A stretch of DNA of 64,000 nucleotides from NCBI GenBank assembly GCA_003971905.1, contig RSEE01000074.1:248001-312000 (forward strand), read 5' to 3'. Each line of letters begins with the position of its first letter. The first letter of the stretch is position 1. The DNA comes from Moniliella sp. 'wahieum' (taxonomy: Eukaryota). The notes under the pieces were generated by a model. The model was not told the origin of the DNA. It did not search any database and was given only the letters and a program-made list of their open reading frames with translations. Both the position numbers and the translations under genes were made by a program. Below are positions 38,481 through 54,475 of the stretch, piece by piece.

Positions 38481-40653
38481 CACTTAATCCTTACGAACTT
38501 TGTTCAGCTCTTTCCCATTGACCGCTCCTTCCCCACCTTTCCATATACACGTTGGTGATGTGTCGCGCATTTGAGGACCCTCGACTGCGCATCGTTCGTC
38601 TTTTTCTGTTGGCATTCTGCGTCTTGGGGTTTCAATAATGCAGCCCACTGCCACTCCCCCTCCAAGTAGCACTTCCCATCAGTTGATGTTGCCAGCATAT
38701 CGACCATGTTGCAACAGTGCCTATATGACCTCCATCCCTCTTCCCACCCACAGCCTGGCCTATATACCCGTACTCAAGTTAATATAGATGAACTGCTGTT
38801 GGGGCGTAACGCCAAACATCTTTTTCTTTGTCCAAAATAACCACATCCCCTATTCTCCTCCTTCCGCACCTCTCCCCCCCGTTCCACAACGCTCCACCCT
38901 ACCACACGGTTTCAAATTCGGCAACTCTTACCACCGGCATGCCGGCCCAAAACTCACCAACAGCATGTCAGTTGATTTGTCTCGAATTACGTCCTCACCT
39001 TTTGGGCACCATGGCCCGAGCCGTAGAATCAAGGCGATGAAGGAAGTGATAGCACTAGTGGTCAAATACCCGAGAGTGGTTGAGATTAAAACGTGGAAGA
39101 CGAAGCTCATCCCGGTGTAAGCGACACCTTTGACATTGAATCGTTACTTGCACTGTCCTGTTCCGTGGCCACACTTTTCAGGTGCCAATACTCTGGTGCC
39201 CAACGAGGAATTGACACCACACACGCCCTGGGCTGCCGATGTCTAGTTCGGCTTTGACAGCTGCGACACTAGCATCGACAGGGGACGTGTATACCCCGGC
39301 GGATGATGACACCGAGGAGCCGCGGGAGGAGACGGGGAAAGATAGTATGGAGGTGCGGTGCAATGCCTTGATGAACAATGAGGGGAAGGTGGTCTTTTAT
39401 GAAAGACAGCCCCGATGCACCCCGGCATGGCTTTTGAGCCGCATGCGTACTACACCAGCAAGGGGTTGAGTTCGCCTGCTGTCATGTCATTCTGTAAGGC
39501 AAAAGGCGGTGCCGCAGAGAAGAGAGAAAGCAACGAAACGACTGGTCCACTTTTCCCCCACGTCATGGTTAGAGTGGCGAGTTGATCGGTGGGCTATACA
39601 TTCTCAGGGTCGTATACCACAGAAGGTTAAATGTTCATACTGACCGGCTGTGAATGTTATAGGAACAAGAAACATCTCGCTCGCGCCGAGCGAGTTGCAG
39701 CAGTGGGGCCGATCAATGCGGGACGAATCATGCACACGTAGCGCGTGTGCAGGGGCTGAACGATGGTATGTATGGATGTTGGGTTGAGAGGAAGCTGGAC
39801 TCATTTGGTTTGAAAGAGGACAGCTGGAAGGATTGCAGCACCTGCCGAGGTATAACGCAACAAATCCAGTCCTGCTGGAGACCGGGGCCCAACCGTCGCA
39901 TTGTTGCATGCTCCAGAGAGACAGATGTGGTGGCGCCTGTCACCGTAACATGTGACGACGCATGCCATGAGAAGCGATGGTCGATGGTCGATGGTCCTAA
40001 TGGGAGTCAAGTTCTGCCCTGGTCTGAATCTGAGGGACCTGAGGCCTGCGGGATCTGAGGCCATTAGCTGCTGTGAATTGAAGTGTAGCCGGTTACGAGG
40101 CCTGGGCCTGATAGCCACGCGCCGGCCAGATTGTCAGATCTCAGATGCTCGGGATTCGTTCTGGCAGTGGGGGCTATCACCCATCCCACCACAAGCATGC
40201 ATCATGCATCATGCAAGCCCCATGCGGGATGCTGGATGCAGCGGATGGGCGGAGATGGCTACAGACTGGCGCCGTGCACTGGGCACGTGCGTGCCAGGCA
40301 GGACGGCAGCAGGTGCCCTCCCGTGACCGGTGATCTCACCGCACACACGGTGCTTTCCGTGTGACATGTGACGCATGTGACGCGCGCGCGCCCCGTGCGA
40401 TTAATGCTTGCAGATTACAGCCTCCCGCACTGCGCCTGTCTCCATCCACGCGGGGCCACTGGGGGTGGCCTTTTCTCCGCACTGCTGCGCTTTGCCGGTG
40501 CTTGCAAGATGGCGTGGGCTGGAGCGCTGTTAGATCGTAGAGCGCTGCAGGCTGCCCGGTTGTGCTGGTATTTTCTTCTTCGCGGGCCGACGTCCGCTTC
40601 GAGTTGCACACGTCTCCTTCTACTCCCACCACTTCCGCCTGTGCGCATCTGCC

Positions 40654-42522
40654 ATGACATCGACCTCGCCGCCTCCCGGATCGGCCAGCTGGCGCATCAC
40701 CGACAAGCTCGCTGCCGCCAGCGCGAGAACCGCATGCCTGGTCCTTCGAGTACTTCCCGCCCCGCACCCCTCAGGGCTTGCAGAACCTACGATCGTATCC
40801 AGCGCATGGGTCAGCTCGGTCCGAGTTTGTCGACATCACCTTCCGCAAGGGCAGCGACGATCTCACGCTCCAGCTCGTCGACACTGTTCAATCGTACATG
40901 GGGCTCGAGACATGCATGCACCTCACTTGCACCAACATGCCTTTGGCCGATATTGACCGTGCCCTCAACTCGGCCCGCACTGCTGGCTGCCGCAACATTC
41001 TTGCCCTTCGCGGAGATCCGCCCCTAGGCCAGGAGGAAGAGGACTGGGACGGTGAGGCCAACGGTGGTTTCTCGTACGCCAAGGACCTTGTGCGTCATAT
41101 TCGCAAGACCCATGGCGACTACTTCTCCATCGCCGTTGCCGGCTTTCCCGAAGGCTACGGCGACAATGAATCGGAGGAGGTCGAACTTCAACGCCTCAAG
41201 GACAAGGTGGACGCTGGCGCCGACTTTATTTTTACCCAAATGTTCTACGACGTGGCCAACTTTAAGCGCTGGGTCGGCGCTGTGCGCACAGCTGGGGTGG
41301 CTGTTCCCATTGTGCCGGGTATCATGCCGATCCAGAACTATGGTGGGTTTACTCGTGCCGTCGCTCGCTTCCAGGCCAAGGTACCTCAATTCTTCCACGA
41401 CGCTCTTGAGGAAGTCAAAGAAGACGATGCAGCTGTACGCGAGATTGGGACCAAGTTGGTAGGCGCATGTGTCGAGACATTGTCGCCTCTGGTCTGGGCA
41501 TCACATCGTTGCACATGTACACGATGAACCTGGAGCGTGGCCCTCGCATGCTGCTCGATTATCTTTCTCTTGCTCCAGATGTTGCCCAGATTCGTCCCAT
41601 CCCATGGACACCTAGTCTGACCCCCAAGCGGCGCGAGGAAGGCATTCGCCCCATCTTCTGGGCCAACCGGGCAAAGAGCTACGTGAGCCGGACCGAAACA
41701 TGGGACGAATTTCCCAACGGACGTTGGGGCGATGCTCGTTCTCCGGCCTACGGCGATGTTGACGCCTATGGCATTCAACTTCCTCTCCTAGGTGACAAGG
41801 CATTCAAGGCGTGGAATCACCCCAAGTCCTACTCTGACATCCAGCGAGTCTTTATCGACTTTTGCCAGGGTAAGATCCCTGCCTTACCTTGGTCGGAGTC
41901 GGCGATCGCCAAGGAATCGAAGGTCATTTCAGACCAACTCGTGAAGCTCAACCAACTTGGTTTCCTCACGATCAACTCTCAGCCTTCGGTCGATGGGGCG
42001 CGTTCCGATGACCCCACCTTTGGCTGGGGTCCCAAGGGAGGGTACGTGTACCAGAAAGCGTACCTCGAGTTCTTCGTTCGCGCGCCGCTACTTGATGCGC
42101 TTTTGGCGCGGATCGAGGCCGATCCGCAGATTACGTACCACGCCGTCAACCAAGCGGGCGACATGCGGACCAATGTGTACTCCGAGTCGCCCAATGCTGT
42201 TACTTGGGGTGTGTTCCCCCCCCATGCCGAGATTGTGCAGCCAACAATCGTCGAGAGCATCTCCTTCTTGGCGTGGAAGGATGAGGCGTACCAACTGGCC
42301 CGCGCCTGGGCGATGATCTACCCCTCCCACTCAGCCGAGCGTCAGACGGTACAGCAAACGTTTGACGACCTTTTCCTCGTTAACATTGTGTACAACGACT
42401 ACAAGGCCAAAGATGCCATCTTCCAGCCCTTCTTTGATCTCGCCCAAAAGGACAACCCTGCCTTGCTTGAGCTGAGCCCATCTGGTACTGAGCTGCCCTC
42501 TTCGGCTAGTACCCATGCTTGA
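40654..42522 (+). CDS. MET13: Methylenetetrahydrofolate reductase (MET13-like)
   Basis: WSFEYFPPRTPQGLQNLYDRI, ETCMHLTCTNM, RNILALRGDPP, VAGFPEG, KVDAGADFIFTQMFYD, PGIMPIQ, WDEFPNGRWGD, LTINSQP, GYVYQKAYLEFF and NAVTWGVFP..EIVQPTIVE. Frameshifts near 40740, 40810 and 41466. Confidence 0.96.
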
Positions 42523-43033
42523 TCCTATGCACCTCCACCAACTGTCCGTTTGCTTCGACCGGTCCTGCCGAGGACAAGCGTCTCCAACAAGCGCTATATC
42601 CTATCCCATGCTCGAGCCTCCAACACGTGCTCGCCTTCCCCCCCCACCTTGCATCCCCTTTGCCTCCATCCAACATCCTCGCCCGCCCGCCTAGATTCCC
42701 CAAGCATTTGGCACGGACCGCTTCTCTCCCATGCTTCTCCGGCTCCCCCCGGTGGTACAATACGACCATGTAACAACTCAACGTCTTGCATTTTCTGTTC
42801 AACACTATGGACCTTGCTTCCATTCCTCTCCCCGCTCCTTTCTCTTCCCTCATCTGCGCCTCAACGGCCCCAAAAGCGTTCAACACCAACACCAACACTA
42901 ACACCATGTATATTATAGTCTCATCACTATGCTCATCCCTACTCTTTGCACATGACCCGAACTCTTCTCTCGAGTGAGGGGCGGCGGAATGCACCGTGCT
43001 TTGACCAGCAGACAAAAAGAGCAGGTCGGATCA

Positions 43034-45354
<2,321 letters not shown>

Positions 45355-45772
45355 GGGCGATATGGGGGAGAGGTGGGATTGGCGGTGGAGAGCGAGTGGC
45401 GGACCCAGACGCCGACGTTTCGACCTGATAAATGAGGAGATGAGGAGCATTGCAGGCCATGTCCAGGTACTTTGGCGTAGGACCTACAAGCATGAAATGT
45501 GCACTTGTGGGTCCAAGCGTTCAAATTGCAGATTTCAGAGCGGTTCGCTCCGTCACGCGGCGTCACGTGCCTCTCGTGGCCTTTACCGGTCGCAATTGAA
45601 ACAACTCGACTCCCATTCAATGTTCAGGTGGAAATTGCATCGCCCTGCTTCCTGTCGAGGCTCCCGCGCTCACGTGGAACTTGGGCATGCCTGAGGCCAC
45701 TGGGCAATGGGAATGGTCGACCTTCTTTCTTCTGTCGCCCTCCACCTGCCACTGGGCGCCCCCCTGTCTGCC

Positions 45773-46515
45773 ATGGCCGACGCTCCAGAGGCCACTTTCG
45801 TCGACATTTCCAACCTCCCTGAGCTCAAGGATACGTGTGATGGCGCGTGGAGCGCATCCTGTCCCGTGCCCCCCTGCCCTCGGCTCGCCGCAGCCGAGGC
45901 GGCGTCGTTGACCCCCGCGTCCAACCCCAAGCCCACCACAGATGGCCCTGGCGCCGACGACGAGGCCGATTTGGAATCCCCGCAGGTGCAGGCGCCTTGG
46001 TCTGGGTCCCACATTGTGGGCGACACGAAGCTGGTTCTTGGTTACTTTTCTGCGTTCCTCCTGATCGGCGTCAGCGGCTGGTCCTACTTGTCTCCCTTGA
46101 GCATGGCCGAGAAGAAGATGCCCAACTTGGTGGCGGTCGCAGTGTACATTGTGTCGGCGGTTGTACAGCAACTGCTTACCTGGTACCAACGCGATGCGCT
46201 TTTTGTTGCGCGCCGCCGTGCGTCGCAGCACGGGATCATCCTGACCGAGCGCTTGACGGTCAGTGCGGCCCCGCTCCCCAACCCCACTTGCTGCCTCCAT
46301 CCAGCAAGGGTGGCAAGCCGATTTGCGTCCCGCCTGTCTACTCGCTGCGTATGAAGTACGCGCGCACGTCGAATGGCGGCAAAACACTTCTCAAGCAGGC
46401 CGAGCAGCCCTTTGCGCTGGGCCATCTGGGCGAATGGTTTGCTTCCAATGGCGAGTTTTTGGAAGACGTGTTTGAGCAGCGGTTGCGCGGCGCAGTAGCC
46501 AAGATGATCGATTGA
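45773..46515 (+). CDS. SPC2: Signal peptidase complex subunit 2 (SPC25 family)
   Basis: VDISNLPELKDTCD, SHIVGDTKLVLGY plus two TM segments, PPVYSLRMKY and LGEWFASNGEFLEDVFEQRL. Frameshifts present. Confidence 0.82.
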
Positions 46516-46622
46516 TGGGCTTACTACTTGCACGCTACGATACCTCCTGTCTTCCCCCTCGCCTGCTATATTCCACCCATCTTGTTTGTCTCCTCGTCAC
46601 CTTCTCGGGTTTCCATCCCCAT

Positions 46623-47590
46623 TCATAACTCGGTCGTGTCCTCCATAGTGACCTCGGTAGTATCCGCCACCCGTGCCGACACCCTCGTCTCGTCAGCTGT
46701 GGGAGGCTGGGAGCTCGGGGCGGGCACCGGGTCGTTGCCGGCATCGGTGGTCGATGTAGCTTGCTCCTGCTCTTGGGAAGGCAGGCCAAATGGGTTGCCC
46801 TCCTCTTCTTCCTCTTCGGCCTCCGCTTGCTCCACATCCGATTCGTCCTCCTCCGACTCATCCGTATCGCTCCCTACTGCCCGGGGGTCCTGGAGGTGGA
46901 CCATCAACTCAGCCAGACGCGGGTCAGAAACCCGTCGAGACCCGACTCGAGAATCAGACCTTGGAGCACCCCACGAACAATGGACACCTTGTCCCTTGTA
47001 TCGCTCAGCGCCGCGGCCAGGTCGGCGCCCGGGCCGGAACTCGAAGCTTCGGTGGCTGAGGCGCCAAGCCGGGGACCGTACGTGTGGTCCTCCGCGCCGG
47101 CGGCGCTGGCAGATTGGCCACTTGCTCCGCAAGATCAGCACGTAATTGTACATTTTGACGATGCACGTCGGCGCGTTGGCGCTCCAGTTGGTAGCGCTGC
47201 GTGTGGAGACGCAAGACGTACAAGGACAAGTCGTCCCGTTCGTTGACCAGGGTGCGTGGGTCGAGCGGGGTTGCGGTAGGTGGAGGCGCGCCAGGCGTAC
47301 TGGGGCTGCGGTCGTGGGGGACAAAGGGGAGATGGGTGACCGCGTCGGTTACGGCAGCTTGATCCGATGCGTGCTGGATCAGGGCAGTGCGAATCACATC
47401 GCGTTCTCGGGCGGCACGAGACGTTTGCGCGCAAGGTCGAGCCGAGCAAGAGCATCGGGCAGTGCCTTGGCCGCACGTTCCGAAGAGGATGCGTCCTGAA
47501 GGGACTGGCGACGCAGCGCATCAATCTCCTCGAGGGCGGTTGGCCGGGGGCAGCGCGCCAGGCCGCCACGGTCGCTGCTTGTTGACAGCG
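46623..47590 (-). CDS. Centromere protein H (CENP-H/Fta3) homologue
   Basis: Coiled coil LVNERDDLSLYVLRL..LERQRADVHRQNVQL. Frame-corrected C-terminal KVSIVRGVLQGLILESGLD(W)VSDPRLAELMVHL matches the CENP-H signature (LILGS.V.WAEDP.L.E.VL). Acidic tail. No ATG visible (probable indel near 47588). Confidence 0.75.
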
Positions 47591-48751
47591 CGGCGCGGCG
47601 CGGACCGAGCTCGTGGACAAGGGCGGAAAGAAGCGGGGGCTGAGAGGGGGGGGGGAGACTGAGAAGGCGGGGCAGGTGGTGGTGGGGTAGGGGCAGAGGG
47701 GGCAGGCGAGGCGGAGCCCAAAACCCACAGCGACATGGCTGGCTGGCTGGCTGGTTGGTTGGGTGCGGTTGGCGGACGCGTGTGGACGCAGTGGCCGTGC
47801 CCAGGAGCGCGTCGCGACGTGCTGAGATAACCAGCAAGCATTACACGTAAGCACGCGGGTCTTAAAATGACGTGAACAGGGTTACAATGCAAGTTTCAAA
47901 GTGGAAGCGTGGATGTGTACAATGGCGAATTCGATCGCTGGTGCGTCGCACACTTTCAGAGACAAGGCTGTACGTGGCCTGGGTTGGGTGGGTGGCCGGT
48001 GGGCGGGCGCAGCAGCAGGGGAGTGGGCGGCGGCCATACACAGCCAAGTGGCGAGGGAGTGGGGCCAGTCGAGCGCCCAAATCCGACGTCTTCCAATGCC
48101 AACCTGGTCCGACGTGCTCTCCCAAGTGGGCCGCGTGGGCTGGGCGGGACATTTGCAGCGCATGGGAACCACACGGCGGCTGTGCCCGGCGGGGTTTGTT
48201 TGTTGTGCACACCGCACCGAGTGCCTGAGTCTGCGGCGGATTGCCAGGGCAGGCAGGCGCAGCAAGGGTCTGTGCACTGCTGTAGTCTGGACAGTGGGCT
48301 GGCATGGCCTGGAGGGCGCCGTGGGCACCCATTGGGTACGTTGGGTGGAACGTGGAACGTCCAAGGAAACTCAGCGGGAAGCTTCCACTGCGTGTGGTTG
48401 TACGTGCGTGCTGTGTTCGTGCGTTGGGCTGGGGCGAGTATTGCGACTGTGGACGCAGGCCCCACTCCGGACTCAGTAGGACTCGGTCCACGCTGCTTTA
48501 GACGTTTGCACCATTCAGCGCATCATCGATCATCCATGCAGGCCCTATCAGCGCATCATGCATCGTACGGCGCGTGGGGTTGCATCATCGATCGACATCA
48601 TCCATCCCCCATCAGCCATCCCGCCGCTCAGGCCCAGCACCGCTTTGGCTCCCTTGCATCGACATCATGCATCACACATCAGCCTCCTAGTCTGCACGTT
48701 CCCCCTCCCCTCCTCCCTCTCCCTCCCTCGCTCCTTCCTCTCTCCACCCCC

Positions 48752-51700
48752 ATGTCCACCCCCCCCGTCCCCGTCGTCCCCGCGGCGTTCCAGGCGCTTG
48801 CCCCCCGCACGCCTGGCTCCCGCCGCCCCTCGCTCGCCGCCCCGCCGCCCAGCCCCCGCAGCAGCAGCTCCCACGACCCCCTCTCCGCCCCCACCGTCGC
48901 CAACCGCATCCACTCCGTCCTCGCCTCCATCCCCAAGATCAGCAATGTCTCCTTCATCCCTGCCGCGCCCCTCTCCGGCACACGCCACGCCGCCAGCGTC
49001 CGTCCACGCGCCGCCCAGCTCCGCATGACCCTCCGTTCCCGCGAGCTCACCCCGCCCCCAGGCGCCCTGCCTGGCACTGGTCTCGACTACATTGCCCGCG
49101 TTGTTGTGCCTCTTGCCTACGAGCTGTTCGAAGACGGCACTCCCGTTGTCACTGCCGTCGACCGCGAGGCTCTGCACACTGTCACCCCCGTCCCAGCCCT
49201 CTCCGACACGGTCGCGGCCGAACGGCGGTGCATTGCGACCGGTCGCAAGGTCGTCCTCCGCTCCGCCTCCAACCGCCGTGTAGTCGAGGTCTGGGCCGGC
49301 GCGGCGCTGGTCGCGTCAGAGGACGTGACCGATCTCCATGGCGAATTTATCACGGATGGTACGTTGCTTGTTCTGGTCCGCTCGTCTTCCTTGTTCTGGC
49401 AAGCCATAGCTATACCCCCCCCCCCCCCCTTCTTCCTTCCCAACTAACAGTTTGTCTGTTCCGTCAACAGAAACCTATGGCACCCTCGACATTGATGGCA
49501 CTACCTCCACTTTGATTTACAGTGCCGAGGCCAATGCTCCCGATGGCCACAAGTATGACTACCTGCCTTCCTTGGGCGAAAAGGCAGGCGGTCACAAACG
49601 GCCGACAATCTATCGCTTCAAGTGGTCCGAAACCCCGCGCCCAACGACATCACCAGTGTTGTCGTCGCTGCGCCTCCCAAGGGCCGGGTGAAGCCCGTTG
49701 TGCCAGACTCGGCACCGGAAGAGCTGCGGGGCATTATCTTTGCCCAAGCGTCTCTCTTGGCCGCGATCGAGGGGGAGGAGAACGCGCACCAAGGCGTTGT
49801 GGCGACCGGATACCAGCCCCTGGGCAATGGAAACCGACTGGGCGTGATCTACTGCAGCAACCGTCCGTCAGACATTTACCTTTTGACCTATGCCTCGGAG
49901 CCCAAAGCGACCACCAAGTTCCAGTGGCGCAATCTGACTGCCAGCCAGGCCAAGGTCAGCACGACGGGCAAGACGGTGGAGGGCAAGGAGTACGCGTGGC
50001 GTCGTCCGTGCATCCGGACTGGGTACCGGGTCGATGCCGAGGGCTTGGTGATGGGTCAGCAACAGATTTACGCCGTTGGCACAGCCCGCGAGGGACCTCA
50101 TCGCTCGGCGGACTTTTTGCGCTGCCTGGTGCGAAGTGTTCCGCTCGGTACGGCGGACCACTCGCCGGACCCGCCCCAGGCTACCGAAAAGGTCGACCCG
50201 CTCGTCTTCCAGCAAGATGTCTTGGTTGCCTTCCCGACGCCCTTGCCTCCGCTTGTGCCGGTTCGCAGGGCCTGGGCACACGTGCCCTCGGCTGGTGGGA
50301 GCGGAGCGGCTTCGCCTGCACCGCCGGCTGCCTCGTTGACACCCGAAGTGGACCTGGAGACGCTCCCCGCCGGAGGTGCCCAGCAATTCTTTGTCGAGGG
50401 GGCGATCGAGCGGCCCTTTTTGTCGTACGGCCGGGAACGTTCGGGCGGGCGGCGCGCGATTACCGACGATTTGTTGTTGGTGAATGGCTTTGTCGGGTCC
50501 GAGACTGGGTTTTACGCGATCCGGATTGGGCAAGATGCGCAAGGCCAGATGCAGTTTGAGGGAGAATTTTTGCCTTCGGCGACATTGTTGGCGACGAATG
50601 GGCAAGGCCTGGCGGCATTTGCTACCACCTCGCCTACCATCCCTCCGCTGCTCGGGATCTTTACCATTGCGCCGGGCCGGGATGCGTTTGCGGCGTTCCG
50701 GCGGCATGAGGTGTCGACAGTGTGGGACTCATTGAAGGACTCCAAGGCGAGTGTGCTGGATAAGATGCTGCTTCGGCTCGCGGCTCATACCCACGGGCCT
50801 CGGTGTTGACAACAATTGCGATGCGATTGTTTTGGCTCCGTTTCATGCTCAGGTGGGCGTCTCCCGCAACCGCTCTTCTCCTCCCCTCGCTCGTTCGCCG
50901 CGGCATCACCGCCCCCGCCGGTTCTTCGCCCGCTGGTGCGCCTCCCAGTGCCCCGCCTACCATCCTCTTCCCCCATGGCGGCCCGCACTCGAGCACGGCC
51001 TACGCGTTTGACGCGGACCGGGCGACGTTGGCTGCTGGGGTACAAGTGATTATGCCCAACTATACCGGCAGCGTGGGCAAGACCGATGCGTTTGTCCGCC
51101 GCCTGATGGGCCGGGTGGGGGACTTGGACGTGAAAGATTGCGTGATGGTGATGGACCAGTTGGTGGCGAAGCGGATGGTGCAGATTGATCCCAAGCTGGT
51201 CTTTGTTTCGGGCGGCTCGCACGGTGGGTTCATTGGCGCGCACTTGTTGGGCCAGTACCCGGGCAAGTTCCGTGCTGCCGCGTTGCGCAACCCGGTAATC
51301 GACATTGCGGCCATGGTGCACACGACCGACATACCCGATTGGTGCTATGCCGTGCTCGATGTACCGTACAAGTTTGATGCGCCGCCGTTGCCCGTTTCGT
51401 TGGAGGCTTTGCAGGCGATGCGCGCTGCCTCGCCCATCAGGTATGCCGACAAGATTCAAGATGCCTTGCTGCTCTTGTTGGGCGAGGCGGATCAGCGGGT
51501 CCCGCCGGCACAGAGCAGGTTGCTATACCATGCTTTGCGCCAGCGCGGCGCGGACGTCTCGTTGCTCTCCTTCCCCGGCGCCGACCATGCACTGGAAACG
51601 CACGCGGCACAAGAAGCTGCTTTCGATGCGACCTTTGCCTGTTTGAGCGCATGGGGGCCAACAGGCACGCCAGCCTTGGGCCCAACTCTGATCTGGGACG

Positions 51701-51768
51701 ACCGGAATCCCTCAGGCCTCACTCCTGTCCCGGCGCCCACCCCGGAGCCGCGGGTAGGAACAAATTAG
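48752..51768 (+). CDS. S9-family serine peptidase (acylamino-acid-releasing enzyme-like)
   Basis: LIYSAEA, RLGVIYCSNRPS, ILFPHGGPHS, PNYTGSVG, DVKDC, nucleophile GGSHGGF, LRNPVIDI, SPIRY, LLLGEADQRVP and FPGADHAL. Intron 49358-49469. Frameshifts present. Confidence 0.92.
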
Positions 51769-51946
51769 TAATGCTCAGCGCTCACATTCCAACTGATCTC
51801 CATGAGGGTAGAACGTGCCGAGTAGATAGGGGAAGGGACAGCCGTTTGCGAAGAGGAGTAGGTGGGGTGTGGGCGGGTGCTTTTAGCAAGCGGATGGTGC
51901 GCAGATCTGTAACGAAATGAGCAGGTTTAAGTGGGCAAGACAAAAA

Positions 51947-52042
51947 CGACAACGACAGGACTCGAACCTGTGCAGGCAAAGCCTAATTGATATCTCACAC
52001 AAGAGTTCGAATCAATCCCCTTAACCACTCGGGCACGTTGCC
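51947..52042 (-). tRNA. tRNA-Ser(CGA) with 14-nt intron
   Basis: Reverse complement: acceptor GGCAACG/CGTTGTC, D-loop AGTGGTTAAGG, ATTGA-TT-CGA-A[CTCTTGTGTGAGAT]A-TCAAT, long variable arm AGGC-TTT-GCCT, T-arm ACAGG-TTCGAGT-CCTGT, followed by T5. Confidence 0.95.
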
Positions 52043-52744
52043 TTATGAAGTAACGCCCTAATGTATACTTGATCATTTTTTCGTTTCTTCCTTGACCATG
52101 CCGTGAGGATGACTGTCGTTAGCAGTAGGTAAAGCCTATCAATTTTCCGCGCATCTCTCAAGTGGAGTTACCGGGTTCGGGATTGGGTTGGCTCCTGCCC
52201 TGATCTATACATAAGCCATGTACACTACGTCTGGGAGGATGGCTGATCGGGGGATGAGACCGACAATAGCGTGCAATGTTCTTTCTGTTCCCACCTCGAC
52301 CACATAGGATTGTCGAAAGAGATGAATGAGGATGGGGGGGGTACCGAAGGCAGAGGTGGGGGATATGGTGGGAAAGAGGCACGAATTGGCGCACCTGATA
52401 CGCGGAGGCTACTGTGGCGACGGGCATGAGGCCGTCCCAACTGGAGTAACGCAGAGAGAGCACAGTGATGGGTGCAAAATGATAAGAGCCCAAAGGAACG
52501 TGCCTAGACTGTGGTATGTAACTTGTCGGGCAAGCAGATGCTCTACGTCGGGCTCGACAAAGCTGAGACAAGAGCAAAAAAGCAAAGGGATGTGGTGTGG
52601 CAGGGCGAGAAGCAACGAATGGCGAGGGCGAAAGAACGGTACTGGACCAGTTATGAGCGGAGAGGAGGCGGGAAGCCAAGGGTAGTGATGTAGTAGATGA
52701 TCAGCGGGTTCTTCACAAGCGGGATGCCTGGCCAGTGCACCAGG

Positions 52745-54475
52745 TTAGACACGGGACACGACCTGAGCCCAGCCAGGTTCAAACTCATCATCACTCGCAT
52801 CCAGGTCGGCGAGGGAAATGAATGTGCCGGGCGGCGGGAGGCGGAGGCGATGCGGTGAGGCAACAGAAGGGTGGGGGGGCGAGGGGCTGGAATGAAGTGG
52901 AGTGCTGGTCGGGCGTTGCGGCAGGAAGCAGGGGCGGAGAGGGTTGGATTGGCTCGGTTGGTTGGGGGGAAGGAGGAGAGCCGAGGCTGAACGAGGGCGA
53001 GACGGGCCGTGCTCGTGGCGGTCGGGACGGTGGGAGCGGAAGAACCGGAGGCGAAGCAGAGGTGAATAATGAAGCTGCAATTCACCTGTTGATTCGGGCT
53101 CAGCCACCAAAGCAATTGGAGAAGGGGGAACAGAGAGACTGTCCTGTTGCCCGTCACAACCACGATGGGAGAAAGGGACCGCAGCATGGGCGGTGTGGAG
53201 GGCGAGACAAGAGGGGAGCGCGCGCCATCAGAAGTAAGGGAACGGGAACTGTGTGCACTGCAACTGCGCTGGGCAGCTTGCTTCTCAGCCAGGTTTCGCT
53301 GCTCTCGTTGGTCTCTGCGACGTCGGACACGTTCCAACGCGACCAGATGGTCAGGCACTTGGTCTTGCGTAATGCTCAACACCCGCCCCGTTGTTCCCTT
53401 GCGCCGGGCCGGGAGAACAACCCCCTCTGCCCCACCACCCCCACGACCTGTCCTCCACACGCACACCCGTCCGCTCCTGTAGTTCCCGCAGCATCCCATG
53501 CCCCGTCGCCGGCTGATCCCGTCCCTCGCCGACGCGCCAGAGCAATCTCTGCCTCGGCTGCGGCCACACGGGGGCTTTTGGGCTCGGTAGTGGATTAGGG
53601 GTGGGACCGGATGGTGTGGAAGGGGAAGGAGGGAGCGAAGGGGATCTTTTTCCGTCAGAGGCAAGGTCCAGCTTGGGGCAGGGGGCGAAGGAGGTACGCC
53701 TTCTTCCCCCTCGTACGAGATGACCACTGACGGCGTCGATTCGTTCCCCAGCGCGGAAGAAAAGGAACCATTGCCGGCGGCAGAAGAGAACGAGGCAGAT
53801 GGGGTACGGTCACGGTCCAGTTCCTGAAACGCATCCGGTCCCCCACCACGCAGCATGGGCCCTATATCAAGCAAACCATCAGTATCCCGCTTGGCACACA
53901 AGAGCACGGGGGCGGGGGGACGTACCAGCGGGGAAGTTGGTGGAGCATGTGTCAGGCCACCCCAGAGAGGCAATTTGATGCGGAGGTAATGCCAGTGCGG
54001 CTTGCTCGCAGCGGACTGGCCCAAGCGGCCGACTGGGGCAAGGCGACTCCACCTGTAGTGTGCGGGACCAGAGGGCGGGCCGAGGGGTCAATGTCAAAGC
54101 GCCGGGCGCGCGGCGGAGGGCGGTAGGCATCGGTGCGAGAAGACCATGCGAGTCGAGACACGGGCTCGGTCGCAACGATGCCTGGAAGCGAGCAATGCGG
54201 TCTTGCAGGGAGCCAGGCGAGGAGGGGGAGGTGGAAGCGGTGGGCCCCGTACGCGGCGGTGCAGGCTGCGTCTCAAACGCCCGGCAGCCGAGTGCGGGCG
54301 CGGGAGCAGCGGGCGAGGGGGCGCATCGGCGGCGGGGGGCGCAAGGGCGAGGGAGAAGGCAGGGGGCGGGTGCGGGGCAGGCGCAGGACGGCGGGCGGGG
54401 GGGGCGCGCATTGTTCTGGGTGGCGCGCTGGAGCGATGCAATGCGCTCGGACAAGGACGAGGCGGTGGCGGGCAT
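52745..54475 (-). CDS. Proline-rich hypothetical protein
   Basis: ATG at 54475 (MPATASSLSERIASLQRA..SLQDRIARFQ), coiled ERVRRRRDQREQR and C-terminal DDEFEPGWAQVVSRV*. Assembled across several frameshifts. No recognisable domain. Confidence 0.55.

Noticed and set aside
39560..39640. TPP riboswitch (CTGAGA on the minus strand) upstream of MTHFR
   Set aside because: The remaining conserved core and helices are absent.
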